Shown here: one piece after another, positions 15,969-24,652 of the stretch
Layout of the letters: each line of letters opens with the position of its first letter
How positions within the stretch are numbered: the stretch's first letter is position 1
Assembly: GCA_001781435.1 (NCBI GenBank)
Contig: MFLV01000009.1
Location: forward strand, 435 to 58,698
Reading direction: 5' to 3'
Source: Candidatus Kaiserbacteria bacterium RIFCSPLOWO2_01_FULL_51_21
GTDB taxonomy: Bacteria; Patescibacteriota; Minisyncoccia; Phycocordibacterales; 2-01-FULL-51-21
DNA: 58,264 nt
Translations under genes and position numbers: made by a program
Notes under the pieces: model-generated
The model's input: only the letters and a program-made list of their open reading frames with translations
Told to the model about the DNA's origin: nothing
The model's database searches: none

Positions 15969-17489
15969 ATGCAACAAAAACTGACCGGAACTCCATCGAT
16001 TCAGCCGGCCAATCTCTTGGGTCTTATAAAATCCAAGGGTACTAATTACTGGATGAAAGTCAGAGAAAGGCAAATGCTGGAGCTTTTTCATGCCACATCT
16101 AAAAGGGTACCGGCGTATAAAGACTATTTGAAAAAGTCTAAGGTGAATCCTGAACGAATAGAGACGCTTAAAGATTTTGCGTCAATTCCACCAATCAATA
16201 AGAAAAATTACCTTCGTGTCTATCCTTTTGATAAACTCGTGTGGGACGGCGATATTAAAAAACCCATAACGATCCACGCGACATCAGGATCTACTGGCGA
16301 ACCCACTTATTTTCAAAAAGAATTCATCTTTGATCGAAGACGAGAGCTGATTCTTGAGAATTTTTTTAACTGCAACGAACTAACCTTAGAAGGGCCTACT
16401 TTATTCGTTATTACTTTCGGTATGGGAGTTTGGTCGGCTGGAATGAGCATATACACGGCTGCTTATCTAGCAACAAATAAAAATACTTACCCTATTTCTA
16501 TAATTTCTCCCGGTATTAATAAAATTGAAGTCCTTAAAATTTTAAAGAAGTTGGCACCTTACTACCAGCAAGTAATCATCGCCGGCTATCCTCCTTTTGT
16601 CAAAGATATTATCGACGATGCTCTTCGAGAAGGAATAGATATTAAAAAGTTTAATACCAGGTTTATTTTTACCGGGGAGAGTTTCACTGAAGAATTCAGA
16701 AATTATTTATCCGAAAAAGCGGGAATCAGAAACATTTTTACTGACACCATGAACACTTATGGAACGTCAGAATTAGGTGCTATGGCAGTAGAAACCCCAG
16801 CTTCAATTTTTATAAGAAGACTGGCACAAAAGAAAAATGTCTACAAAGAGTTATTTGGGGATGGCGTTAACATTCCAACGTTGGCTCAGTATATTCCTTA
16901 TTTTGTGAATTTTGAATGTGTAAGTGGGGACTTGTACTTTACCGGCAACAACACGATCCCTCTGGTTAGATATCAACCTGGAGATAGCGGTGGAGTTTTC
17001 ACCTTTCAGCAACTAGAAAATAGCTTGCTGAATGTAGACGTTAGATTAAAAGCAGAGTTTGAAAAGCTTGGTATCTCTAAATATATCCACAAACTCCCTT
17101 TTGTATATGTGTATGAAAGAAAGAACTTAGCCACAACTTTGTATGGTATTTTAATATACCCAGAATTTCTAAAAATAGCTTTGTTAAACAGACAACTTAA
17201 TCAATTTTTGACGGGTAAATTCACTATGATAAGAAAACATGATAAGAGGCAAAATCAATATCTAGAGATAAACCTGGAATTAAAGAAAGGAGTTTACTTT
17301 AAGAAATACTACGAGACAAAGACGCTAGAAAAAATAATTGAGACGCTAAAATTAAAAAGCTCTGAATTTAGAGAACTTTATAAAAACCTACAAAACAAAG
17401 CAAACCCAAAACTTGTATTTTGGCCATACGAAGACGAGAAATACTTCAAGCCCGGAATAAAACAAACTTGGGTAAAGAAAATATCTTAA
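15969..17489 (+). CDS. adenylate-forming enzyme, PaaK / coenzyme F390 synthetase-like
   Basis: 506 aa with HATSGSTGEPTYF and YQPGDSGG motifs. Resembles the phenylacetate-CoA ligase N-terminus (VPAYKDYLKKSKVNPERIETLKDFASIPPINKKNY). Confidence 0.75.
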   Translation: MQQKLTGTPSIQPANLLGLIKSKGTNYWMKVRERQMLELFHATSKRVPAYKDYLKKSKVNPERIETLKDFASIPPINKKNYLRVYPFDKLVWDGDIKKPITIHATSGSTGEPTYFQKEFIFDRRRELILENFFNCNELTLEGPTLFVITFGMGVWSAGMSIYTAAYLATNKNTYPISIISPGINKIEVLKILKKLAPYYQQVIIAGYPPFVKDIIDDALREGIDIKKFNTRFIFTGESFTEEFRNYLSEKAGIRNIFTDTMNTYGTSELGAMAVETPASIFIRRLAQKKNVYKELFGDGVNIPTLAQYIPYFVNFECVSGDLYFTGNNTIPLVRYQPGDSGGVFTFQQLENSLLNVDVRLKAEFEKLGISKYIHKLPFVYVYERKNLATTLYGILIYPEFLKIALLNRQLNQFLTGKFTMIRKHDKRQNQYLEINLELKKGVYFKKYYETKTLEKIIETLKLKSSEFRELYKNLQNKANPKLVFWPYEDEKYFKPGIKQTWVKKIS

Positions 17490-17490
17490 T

Positions 17491-18609
17491 ATGGAGAAAC
17501 CTACAATTTTTGACTCAACTCTTCATCAATTGAAAGAAATCAAAAGCAAATGTCAGCCTTATAAAACAATGGATACTTATAAGGAACAGTTAGAAGAACT
17601 GTTCCTTATAAGGAATCCTCGATTTAAATTTAATAATGACTATCAACAGGACTTCCGACAATTCCTGGAAGAGCATTCACAAAATAAGGACTTGCAAAGT
17701 TGCGGAAATTGGGTGTATTTTCCCTGGAACAGCTTGTTGGTTCATTATCTAAAGGATGATCTGCATCAAGAAGTAAGGACCGCAAGAAATAAGAATCTAA
17801 TTTCAGAAGACGAACAAGAGAGATTCTATAATTCCAGAGTCGGCATTGCTGGCTTAAGTGTAGGAAGTCATGGGGCAATAACTATTGCCCTTATGGGCGG
17901 CAGTAAGCATATGAAGCTGGCTGATCCTGATACAGTTTCCCCTTCAAACTTAAACAGGATAAGATTCACATTCGCTGAGGTTGGCGTAAACAAAGCAGAG
18001 TTAGTCGCACAATACATCTATCAGCTTAATCCTTATGCAGAAATCGATGTGTACTCACAGGGAGTAGATAAGAATAATCCAGGAGAATTTTTAGATGGAC
18101 TGGATATCCTAATCGAGGAATTGGATGACATTGAGATTAAAGTTAGCATTAGAGAGGAGGCAAAAAAAAGAAGTATCCCAGTAGTGATGGCTACAGATAA
18201 CGGGGACGATGTAATTCTTGACATCGAGAGATTTGATTTAAACCCTGACGCGCCCATTTTTTATGGGAAACTTGAAGGTCTAGACATAAGCGAGATAAAA
18301 AAATCACCACGTAAAATGTACGAGGCTATGGCAAAAATTATCGATGTATCGTTGGTACCGCCTAAAGTACTGCATTCGGTTATGGAGGTTGGGAAAACCA
18401 TATATTCTTGGCCACAGCTGGCATCTGCAGCAACTTTATCAGGAGCGGTTATTGCTTACATTGTAAGAAAAATTGTCCTAGGAGAAAAAATAAACGAGGG
18501 GAAATTGCGAGTTAATTTAGACCTGATATTTGACTCTGATTACAAAAAGAATGAGGGTCTAAGGAAGGAAGAATTGGGTAGATTTTTTAAAGCGCTTGGT
18601 GACCTATAA
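17491..18609 (+). CDS. ThiF/MoeB/E1-like adenylyltransferase family protein
   Basis: 372 aa. Rossmann motif VGIAGLSVGSHGAITIALMGG and DPDTVSPSNLNR. 1-nt gap from the upstream gene. Confidence 0.75.
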   Translation: MEKPTIFDSTLHQLKEIKSKCQPYKTMDTYKEQLEELFLIRNPRFKFNNDYQQDFRQFLEEHSQNKDLQSCGNWVYFPWNSLLVHYLKDDLHQEVRTARNKNLISEDEQERFYNSRVGIAGLSVGSHGAITIALMGGSKHMKLADPDTVSPSNLNRIRFTFAEVGVNKAELVAQYIYQLNPYAEIDVYSQGVDKNNPGEFLDGLDILIEELDDIEIKVSIREEAKKRSIPVVMATDNGDDVILDIERFDLNPDAPIFYGKLEGLDISEIKKSPRKMYEAMAKIIDVSLVPPKVLHSVMEVGKTIYSWPQLASAATLSGAVIAYIVRKIVLGEKINEGKLRVNLDLIFDSDYKKNEGLRKEELGRFFKALGDL

Positions 18610-18620
18610 TACTCAATGTA

Positions 18621-19667
18621 ATGGATAGAGAAATAATCAAAAAAATAATTGAAGCGGGGAATTATGCGCCATCGGGGAGTAACTCACAACCGTGGAGATT
18701 CGTTTCTAGTGGCAATGTCCTGTGTGTTATTGCTTTGCCTGAAAAAGACCATAAGATTTTCAATTTTAGAAACAGAGGTACATACATTGCTCACGGAGCG
18801 TTGATGGAAAATATTGAAATAGCTTCAAGGTTTTTTAATTACGAGCCACAATTTGAGCTTTTCCCAGAAAATGGAAACAGTTATAGAATAACTTTTTCTC
18901 CATCGAAAGAATCTAAACAAGTTGAACTATACGACTCAATTCTAAAAAGACATACCAATCGGAAATCATACGATACAAAACTTCTTTCTGCTGAGGAAAA
19001 GAAGTATCTTTTTCAAGAGACCAGTAGATTTCCACAATGTGAACTGGTAATTATTGAGGGTGAAAATATTTTGCAACTTGCTCGGAATCTGGCCTACGAC
19101 ATACTGATTTCATTGCAAAATAAGACCCTGCATCAGCTCCTTTTTCAGGAGATTTTATGGAGAGAAGAAGAGCAAAAACTTCGACAGGGCCTTTATGTAA
19201 AGACAATGGAGGTTACGCCTCCAAAAGCTTTTGTCTTCAAAATGCTTAAAAATTGGAACATAGCTAAGTTTCTCAACAAAATAAAATTTACCAAAAAAAT
19301 ATATGACGAGAATGTTAAAAAAATGGTCTCATCGGGGCTGATGGGTGCCATCATTGTTAATGACGATGATAGGAACTTTATTGATGCAGGAAGATTAATG
19401 GAAAATATATGGCTACGAGCCACAAAGCTCGGACTTAGTTTTCAAGTGACCACGGGAATTTTATTCTTATGGCAGCAAGTCAATTTTGGAGAGAAGGAGA
19501 AGTTTTCTGAAACAGAAATAACAACAGTAAATAACGCGTACAAGAATTTGGCAGAGACTCTCAAGGTGCAAAATAAAATAATTGCTCTAATTTTTCGAAT
19601 AGGAAAGGCAGATAAGCCAATGGCAGTCTCTTTCAAGAGACCTCCAAAGATAGAGTGGAGTAACTAA
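18621..19667 (+). CDS. tandem nitroreductase-fold (Acg-like) FMN oxidoreductase
   Basis: 348 aa with APSGSNSQPWRF and RHTNRKSY. The length fits two nitroreductase-like halves. Confidence 0.7.
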   Translation: MDREIIKKIIEAGNYAPSGSNSQPWRFVSSGNVLCVIALPEKDHKIFNFRNRGTYIAHGALMENIEIASRFFNYEPQFELFPENGNSYRITFSPSKESKQVELYDSILKRHTNRKSYDTKLLSAEEKKYLFQETSRFPQCELVIIEGENILQLARNLAYDILISLQNKTLHQLLFQEILWREEEQKLRQGLYVKTMEVTPPKAFVFKMLKNWNIAKFLNKIKFTKKIYDENVKKMVSSGLMGAIIVNDDDRNFIDAGRLMENIWLRATKLGLSFQVTTGILFLWQQVNFGEKEKFSETEITTVNNAYKNLAETLKVQNKIIALIFRIGKADKPMAVSFKRPPKIEWSN

Positions 19668-19687
19668 GCGAAATCATATTTTGAGGC

Positions 19688-21343
19688 ATGATATCAGCTT
19701 TCTTGAATATCCCAAATTTAGATCTTCTTTCAGTTGGCGTGGCGGTCGCGGGAATGGTTGTTTTGGGCTTTGTTACTCTTTTTAGTGATCTTCGAAATTC
19801 TTCTAACCGCATTTTCTTCTATTTGGCTACAACTGCTAGTATATGGGGTATTTTAAATTATTTCTCATACCAGCCATATCCTCCCGACCTCTCTCTGTGG
19901 TTACTGCGGTTGGTTATGTTTTTTGCTGTTTGGTCATCATTTTTTACTTTTACATTTGCATATGTATTTCCAGCGCCAAAAATAAATTTGTCTCGCTCTT
20001 TCAAATGGATTCTCATCCCCCTAACTTTTATAGTAACAACTTTAACCTTGACCCCGTTAGTATTTTCTCAAATAGCGGAAGTCACCTCAACAGGGAACAT
20101 TGCTCGAGTCATTAATGGTCCGGGTATTTTTGTATTTGGTTTGACTGTAATATCTCTCAACCTTGCTGGAATAGTCTTTCTAGTCCGAAAAATAATCAAA
20201 TCGAGCAAGATGGAACGCAAACCTATTCAAATTGTTTTAGTGGGATTTGTTTTAATGCTTTCTTTAATAATAATATTCAACTTTTTTTTGCCAGCATTTT
20301 TTGATAATCCAAGATTTATCCCACTCGGAGCGATGTTTTTATTCCCTTTCGTTGCTTTTACCGCATATGCAATCCTTAGACATAAACTTTTCAATATAAA
20401 GGTGGCAGGGGCCGGGCTTTTGGTCTTTGCTCTATCTATTACTGCCTTCGGCGAAGTGATTTTTGCTCGGGAGCTTTCGCTCATAATCTACCGTAGCAGT
20501 ATTTTTGTTTTAGTGTTGGCCTTTGGTACTTTACTCATCCGAGAAGTTCTTCGTGAAGTCCGGCAACGAGAAGAAATTGAACTTTTGGCGCGGGATTTGT
20601 CGAAGGCTAATACTCGATTAAGGGAGTTGGATCGGCAGAAGTCGGAGTTTGTGTCGATTGCGTCGCATCAATTACGAAGCCCGCTAACAGCAATCCGTGG
20701 ATACGCGTCTCTTGTGCTTGAGGAATCGTATGGGAAGCTTCCCGAGGGAGCAAAAGAGGCGGTGAGACGCATCGCAGACTCAAGCTACCAAATGGTTAAT
20801 TCCGTTGAAGACTTTTTAAACGTGTCGCGTATCGAGCAGGGAAGGATGAAGTACGATTTGGCGGTCTTTGACTTAAGTCAGATGATCCAAAAAGTGGTGG
20901 ATGAAATGCTTCCGGTGGCGCAAAAGAAAGGTCTTGGCCTTACCTACGAAGCGGCAAAGAATGAAAAATACAGCATCAAGGCGGACGAAGGAAAAATCCG
21001 CCAAGTTATTGCTAATATTGTTGATAATTGCATTAAATACACACCGAGGGGGTCGATACACGTCAACTTGCAACGAACCCCTCGACCGAGCTCGGGGCAA
21101 GCAACAGACAAACTACTCACCACCATTACGGACACCGGGGTAGGGATGTCAAAAGAAACGCTTGAGCGGCTATTCAGCAAGTATGTCCGAGCCGACAACG
21201 CGAGCCGCACCAACGTTGGTGGCACCGGACTCGGTCTCTATGTTGCCAAACAATTCGTCGACGCCCACAACGGTCGCATCTGGGCCAAATCAGCAGGAGA
21301 AGGCAAGGGCTCCAGTTTCTTTATCGAACTGAACGCCGCTTGA
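19688..21343 (+). CDS. sensor histidine kinase with a multi-TM N-terminal domain
   Basis: About eight hydrophobic helices, then HisKA (SHQLRSPLTAIRGYAS) and HATPase (DTGVGMSKE, GGTGLGLYVAKQFV). No response regulator in the window. Confidence 0.88.
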   Translation: MISAFLNIPNLDLLSVGVAVAGMVVLGFVTLFSDLRNSSNRIFFYLATTASIWGILNYFSYQPYPPDLSLWLLRLVMFFAVWSSFFTFTFAYVFPAPKINLSRSFKWILIPLTFIVTTLTLTPLVFSQIAEVTSTGNIARVINGPGIFVFGLTVISLNLAGIVFLVRKIIKSSKMERKPIQIVLVGFVLMLSLIIIFNFFLPAFFDNPRFIPLGAMFLFPFVAFTAYAILRHKLFNIKVAGAGLLVFALSITAFGEVIFARELSLIIYRSSIFVLVLAFGTLLIREVLREVRQREEIELLARDLSKANTRLRELDRQKSEFVSIASHQLRSPLTAIRGYASLVLEESYGKLPEGAKEAVRRIADSSYQMVNSVEDFLNVSRIEQGRMKYDLAVFDLSQMIQKVVDEMLPVAQKKGLGLTYEAAKNEKYSIKADEGKIRQVIANIVDNCIKYTPRGSIHVNLQRTPRPSSGQATDKLLTTITDTGVGMSKETLERLFSKYVRADNASRTNVGGTGLGLYVAKQFVDAHNGRIWAKSAGEGKGSSFFIELNAA

Positions 21344-21360
21344 AGTGGAAAATTGATTAA

Positions 21361-21828
21361 CTATTTCTTTCTAATTTTACGCGCAAGCTTGGCGAGTTTT
21401 GTGTCATTTGCTCGCTTGTAATCGTGTGAGGAAATGTAGCCTTCGTATTTGTTGAAGTACTTATCGACGCTTGAGGCAATTTTTTTCCATTTTCCCGTCT
21501 TGGCAGTCCCGTGCATAGGAAAAAGTTTTGTGTGAGCATGATCTACCCCGTATCCTTCAAACACCAGTGCGGTTCGACCGACACCTCTCAGTTTTGAATC
21601 GAAAAGTTTAGCAACCTTTTTGCTCGCCAGCGTAAGTTCAGAAAGAACAACATCAGAAAGGTCAAAAGTGTAGCTCGGATAATGTTTTTTAGGAATGATG
21701 ACCGTAACTCCCTCTGTATTCGGGAATATGGACAGGAACGCGAGGTGCTTCCTATCCTCCCACACCTTATGACTTGGTGCTTTCCCGGAAACTATATCGC
21801 AGAAGATGCAATCAGGTTTTGTTTGCAT
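21361..21828 (-). CDS. HIT-family hydrolase
   Basis: CIFCDIVSGKAPSHKVWEDRKHLAFLSIFPNTEGVTVIIPKKH and DHAHTKLFP. Confidence 0.8.
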   Translation of the reverse strand: MQTKPDCIFCDIVSGKAPSHKVWEDRKHLAFLSIFPNTEGVTVIIPKKHYPSYTFDLSDVVLSELTLASKKVAKLFDSKLRGVGRTALVFEGYGVDHAHTKLFPMHGTAKTGKWKKIASSVDKYFNKYEGYISSHDYKRANDTKLAKLARKIRKK

Positions 21829-21959
21829 GGATAGAAAATACCGCTAAAGCGACAATTTGTCTCATTTCATCCAAGGTTTTTATCTTTTTTCCCATACTCC
21901 TTATTTAAATACCATTATACCTTAGTTCTGCAGAACATTGGTATAGACCGTACATAGAC

Positions 21960-21987
21960 TTGACAAGGATTTGGGGCCTAGTATACT
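21960..21987 (+). promoter_or_regulatory. consensus sigma70 promoter of the T-box leader
   Basis: TTGACA (21960-21965), 16-nt spacer, TATACT (21982-21987). Confidence 0.7.
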
Positions 21988-21993
21988 GCTTTG

Positions 21994-22254
21994 TAGGTAA
22001 AACCCTTGACTGAGGTCCCTGCACAGCAGGGGTTGGGCCTTGGTCGTCCTGAGGTTATTCGAAGGACAGGGTGGCTTCTGCGGAAGTGGAAGCCCGGGTT
22101 CGCCCGTTATCGCGATAATCGATGTCGTCCGCAAGGATGGAGTCGATGAGGTCCTAAACGCCAACAGGCGTCGGATGAAAAGGGTGGCAACGCGGAGGAC
22201 TCTTCGCCCCTTTGTACGTTTAGAACGTGCACAGAGGCGAGGAGTTTTTTGTTT
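21994..22254 (+). promoter_or_regulatory. T-box riboswitch leader, probably tRNA-Trp responsive, with terminator
   Basis: T-box sequence AAAAGGGTGGCAACGCGG (22178-22195). The antiterminator can be drawn as AAAGGG / 7-nt bulge UGGCAAC / GCGGAG-GACU-CUUCGC / CCCUUU. The competing terminator is ACTCTTCGCCCCT (22199-22211) / AGAGGCGAGGAGT (22233-22245) plus TTTTTTGTTT. Confidence 0.75.
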
Positions 22255-22292
22255 GGTGCAATCCTGATGCTACGAACACAGGAGAGAAGGGC

Positions 22293-22469
22293 ATGAAAAA
22301 CGACATCTTGGAACGTGCGAAGAAGGCTCTAGGGGCGGACTCCAGCGATGAACTCTTCGCAATGATCCGCAAGGGGAATGGGCAAGCATTCATCGATGGG
22401 TTGAGCGACCAGGACGAGGAAATCCTCGACCGATGGTACCGGTCTCGGCAAGACCAACTCGGTCGCTGA
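22293..22469 (+). CDS. small acidic hypothetical protein (58 aa)
   Basis: ATG at 22293 behind GGAGAGAAGG (MKNDILERAKKALG...). The longer track ORF from 22227 would overlap the T-box terminator. Confidence 0.45.
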   Translation: MKNDILERAKKALGADSSDELFAMIRKGNGQAFIDGLSDQDEEILDRWYRSRQDQLGR

Positions 22470-22487
22470 TGCACTAACCTATAGGTA

Positions 22488-22531
22488 GCAGGGAATGAGG
22501 AGAAATCCTCATTCCCTCTGCCAAATTTTTT
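22488..22531 (+). terminator. very stable GAAA-tetraloop hairpin, terminator-like
   Basis: GCAGGGAATGAGGA-GAAA-TCCTCATTCCCTCTGC, then CAAATTTTTT. Confidence 0.45.
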
Positions 22532-22568
22532 GAAATCACGTATCATGTAAGAAATCGGAAAAATTTCC

Positions 22569-23780
22569 ATGCAAAACAAAAAGCAAAACTACGGAGGAGC
22601 CTATGTGCCGGAAATGCTGCTTCCGACATTGCATGCTATTGAAAAAGAACTTGAGAGAGCCCTGAAAGATCCCGCTTTCATAAAGGAGTTTCAGGGACTT
22701 TTGAAAGACTTTGCCGGAAGACCAACCCCACTTACTTTTGCAAAAAACATCACTGAGCAGTTTGGCGGCGCGAAATGCTATCTCAAAAACGAGGGACTCA
22801 ATCATACTGGCGCGCACAAGATAACACACTGCATCGGCCAGGCGCTTATCGCAAAACGCCTTGGCAAAACGACACTCATTGCAGAAACTGGCGCTGGCCA
22901 GCACGGACTTGCTACCGCAACCGTCGCGGCAAAGCTTGGCTTCAAGTGCAAAATATTTATGGGAAGTGAAGATATGTCGCGGCAGAGGCCGAACGTCTTT
23001 TGGATGGAGAGGCTTGGCGCCGAGGTCATCCCCGTCACGTACGGAAGTCGGACGCTTAAGGATGCCGTCAACGAAGCGCTAAAATACTGGATGCAAAATC
23101 TTTCCGATACCCACTACGTTATAGGGTCAGTCTTGGGTCCAAGTCCATACCCGCGAATGAATCGGGTATTTCAATCTGTTGTCGGCAGAGAGGTAAGAGA
23201 GCAAATGAAGGATTTTGAAGGGAAACTTCCTGATGTCGTAATCGCCTGTGTCGGCGGCGGCAGTAACGCAATGGGAATTTTTTCCGAGTTTCTCAATGAG
23301 AAAAGTGTTTCTCTTGTGGCGGTTGAAGCAGGAGGAGTCGGAAATGCGCTTGGGGAACATGCTTCAAAGGCTCGTTCTGGAGAACTTGGCATTGCCCAAG
23401 GGTATAAATCGCTTTTCTTGCAAGATAACGGGCAGATCGCACCCACTCACAGCATCTCGGCAGGTCTGGACTATCCCGGCCTTGGCCCAGAGTTGGCGGC
23501 TCTTAAAGAGGAAGGAAGGGTGGAGTTCCAATCTGCAAGCGATAGCGAGACACTCTCTGCGGTAGACCTTCTTGCGCGCACTGAGGGAATAATTCCCGCG
23601 CTTGAATCTGCGCACGCCCTTGCCTACGCCGTAAAGCTTTTACCCACACTTGCTAAAGAGAAAATTGTTGTGGTGAATATTTCAGGGCGCGGGGATAAAG
23701 ACCTCTTTCTTATCGCCCGGGCAATGAAGGATCAGTCGTTTCGTGATTTCCTATTGGAAGAACACCAGCGGTATGAGTAA
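22569..23780 (+). CDS. trpB: tryptophan synthase beta chain
   Basis: 403 aa with the PLP-lysine motif HTGAHKITH and a GGGSNAMG loop. Confidence 0.96.
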   Translation: MQNKKQNYGGAYVPEMLLPTLHAIEKELERALKDPAFIKEFQGLLKDFAGRPTPLTFAKNITEQFGGAKCYLKNEGLNHTGAHKITHCIGQALIAKRLGKTTLIAETGAGQHGLATATVAAKLGFKCKIFMGSEDMSRQRPNVFWMERLGAEVIPVTYGSRTLKDAVNEALKYWMQNLSDTHYVIGSVLGPSPYPRMNRVFQSVVGREVREQMKDFEGKLPDVVIACVGGGSNAMGIFSEFLNEKSVSLVAVEAGGVGNALGEHASKARSGELGIAQGYKSLFLQDNGQIAPTHSISAGLDYPGLGPELAALKEEGRVEFQSASDSETLSAVDLLARTEGIIPALESAHALAYAVKLLPTLAKEKIVVVNISGRGDKDLFLIARAMKDQSFRDFLLEEHQRYE

Positions 23781-24555
23781 GCTCACCGACATCCTTTCTG
23801 CGAAAAGAGAAAAGCCTCTTTTGATGACACACCTTATTACCGGGTATCCCACGCTCGAGAGTTCCCTTGGAATTGCCCGGGCAATGATTCGCGGAGGAGC
23901 TTCAATTCTTGAAATTCAGATTCCTTTTTCCGACCCTGTCGCCGATGGACCGGCGATTGTTGAGGCCTCTCACGAGGCGCTTCGCGGTCACGTCAAAGTG
24001 GAGGACGCTCTCGCTCTTGCGAAAAAACTTGGAGAGGAACACACTACCCCGCTGGTGCTCATGAGCTACGCAAATCCGATTTTCCGCTACGGCATCACCC
24101 GATTTGTGGAGCATGCGGCGGAGGCTGGGGTTGCGGGGATTATTCTTCCCGATATACCAATAGATACAGAGGAAGGAAAAGAGTTTCTCGCGGCCGCAAA
24201 AAAATTCTCGGTGCATCCGATTCTTGTCGTCTCTCCCGGCGTCCCCGAAGAAAGACTGCGCTTTCTGACAAAAGAAGCAAGCGGCTTCATCTACTCAACC
24301 TCGCGGCAGGGAATAACAGGGGCAGACAGTAAATTCGGCTCGGAACTTAAGAACTTTCTTTCCCTGCTTCATAAGATGACCGATATTCCCGTCGCGGTTG
24401 GTTTTGGCGTAAAATCAAAAGAAGATGTACTCTCTCTTGCTTCTCAAGCGGAGATTATTGTTGTCGGAAGCGCTTTTGTCTCGCTCATCAAAAATACTGA
24501 GCTCAAAACAGTCCCGCTTGCAATAGAGGATCTCGTCAAAAAATTGCTTCCATAA
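23773..24555 (+). CDS. trpA: tryptophan synthase alpha chain
   Basis: MSKLTDIL...EIQIPFSDPVADGPAIVEAS. ATG at 23773 overlaps the trpB stop (ATGAGTAA). Confidence 0.92.
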   Translation: MSKLTDILSAKREKPLLMTHLITGYPTLESSLGIARAMIRGGASILEIQIPFSDPVADGPAIVEASHEALRGHVKVEDALALAKKLGEEHTTPLVLMSYANPIFRYGITRFVEHAAEAGVAGIILPDIPIDTEEGKEFLAAAKKFSVHPILVVSPGVPEERLRFLTKEASGFIYSTSRQGITGADSKFGSELKNFLSLLHKMTDIPVAVGFGVKSKEDVLSLASQAEIIVVGSAFVSLIKNTELKTVPLAIEDLVKKLLP

Positions 24556-24652
24556 ATTCTATCAGGAGTAACCTAGAAAAATTCAAACCTTTCTAAGGTC
24601 AGCCACTGATACAGCTTTCAAAACAAGCCCTGATTTGTTAAACTTTTCCCGT

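Noticed and set aside
21994-22254. The structured RNA upstream of the trp genes as SRP RNA, 6S RNA or RNase P RNA.
   Set aside because: It lacks the conserved SRP domain IV and the RNase P CR-I/CR-V strings. It does contain a T-box sequence with the antiterminator/terminator alternative, so the T-box leader is the better call.
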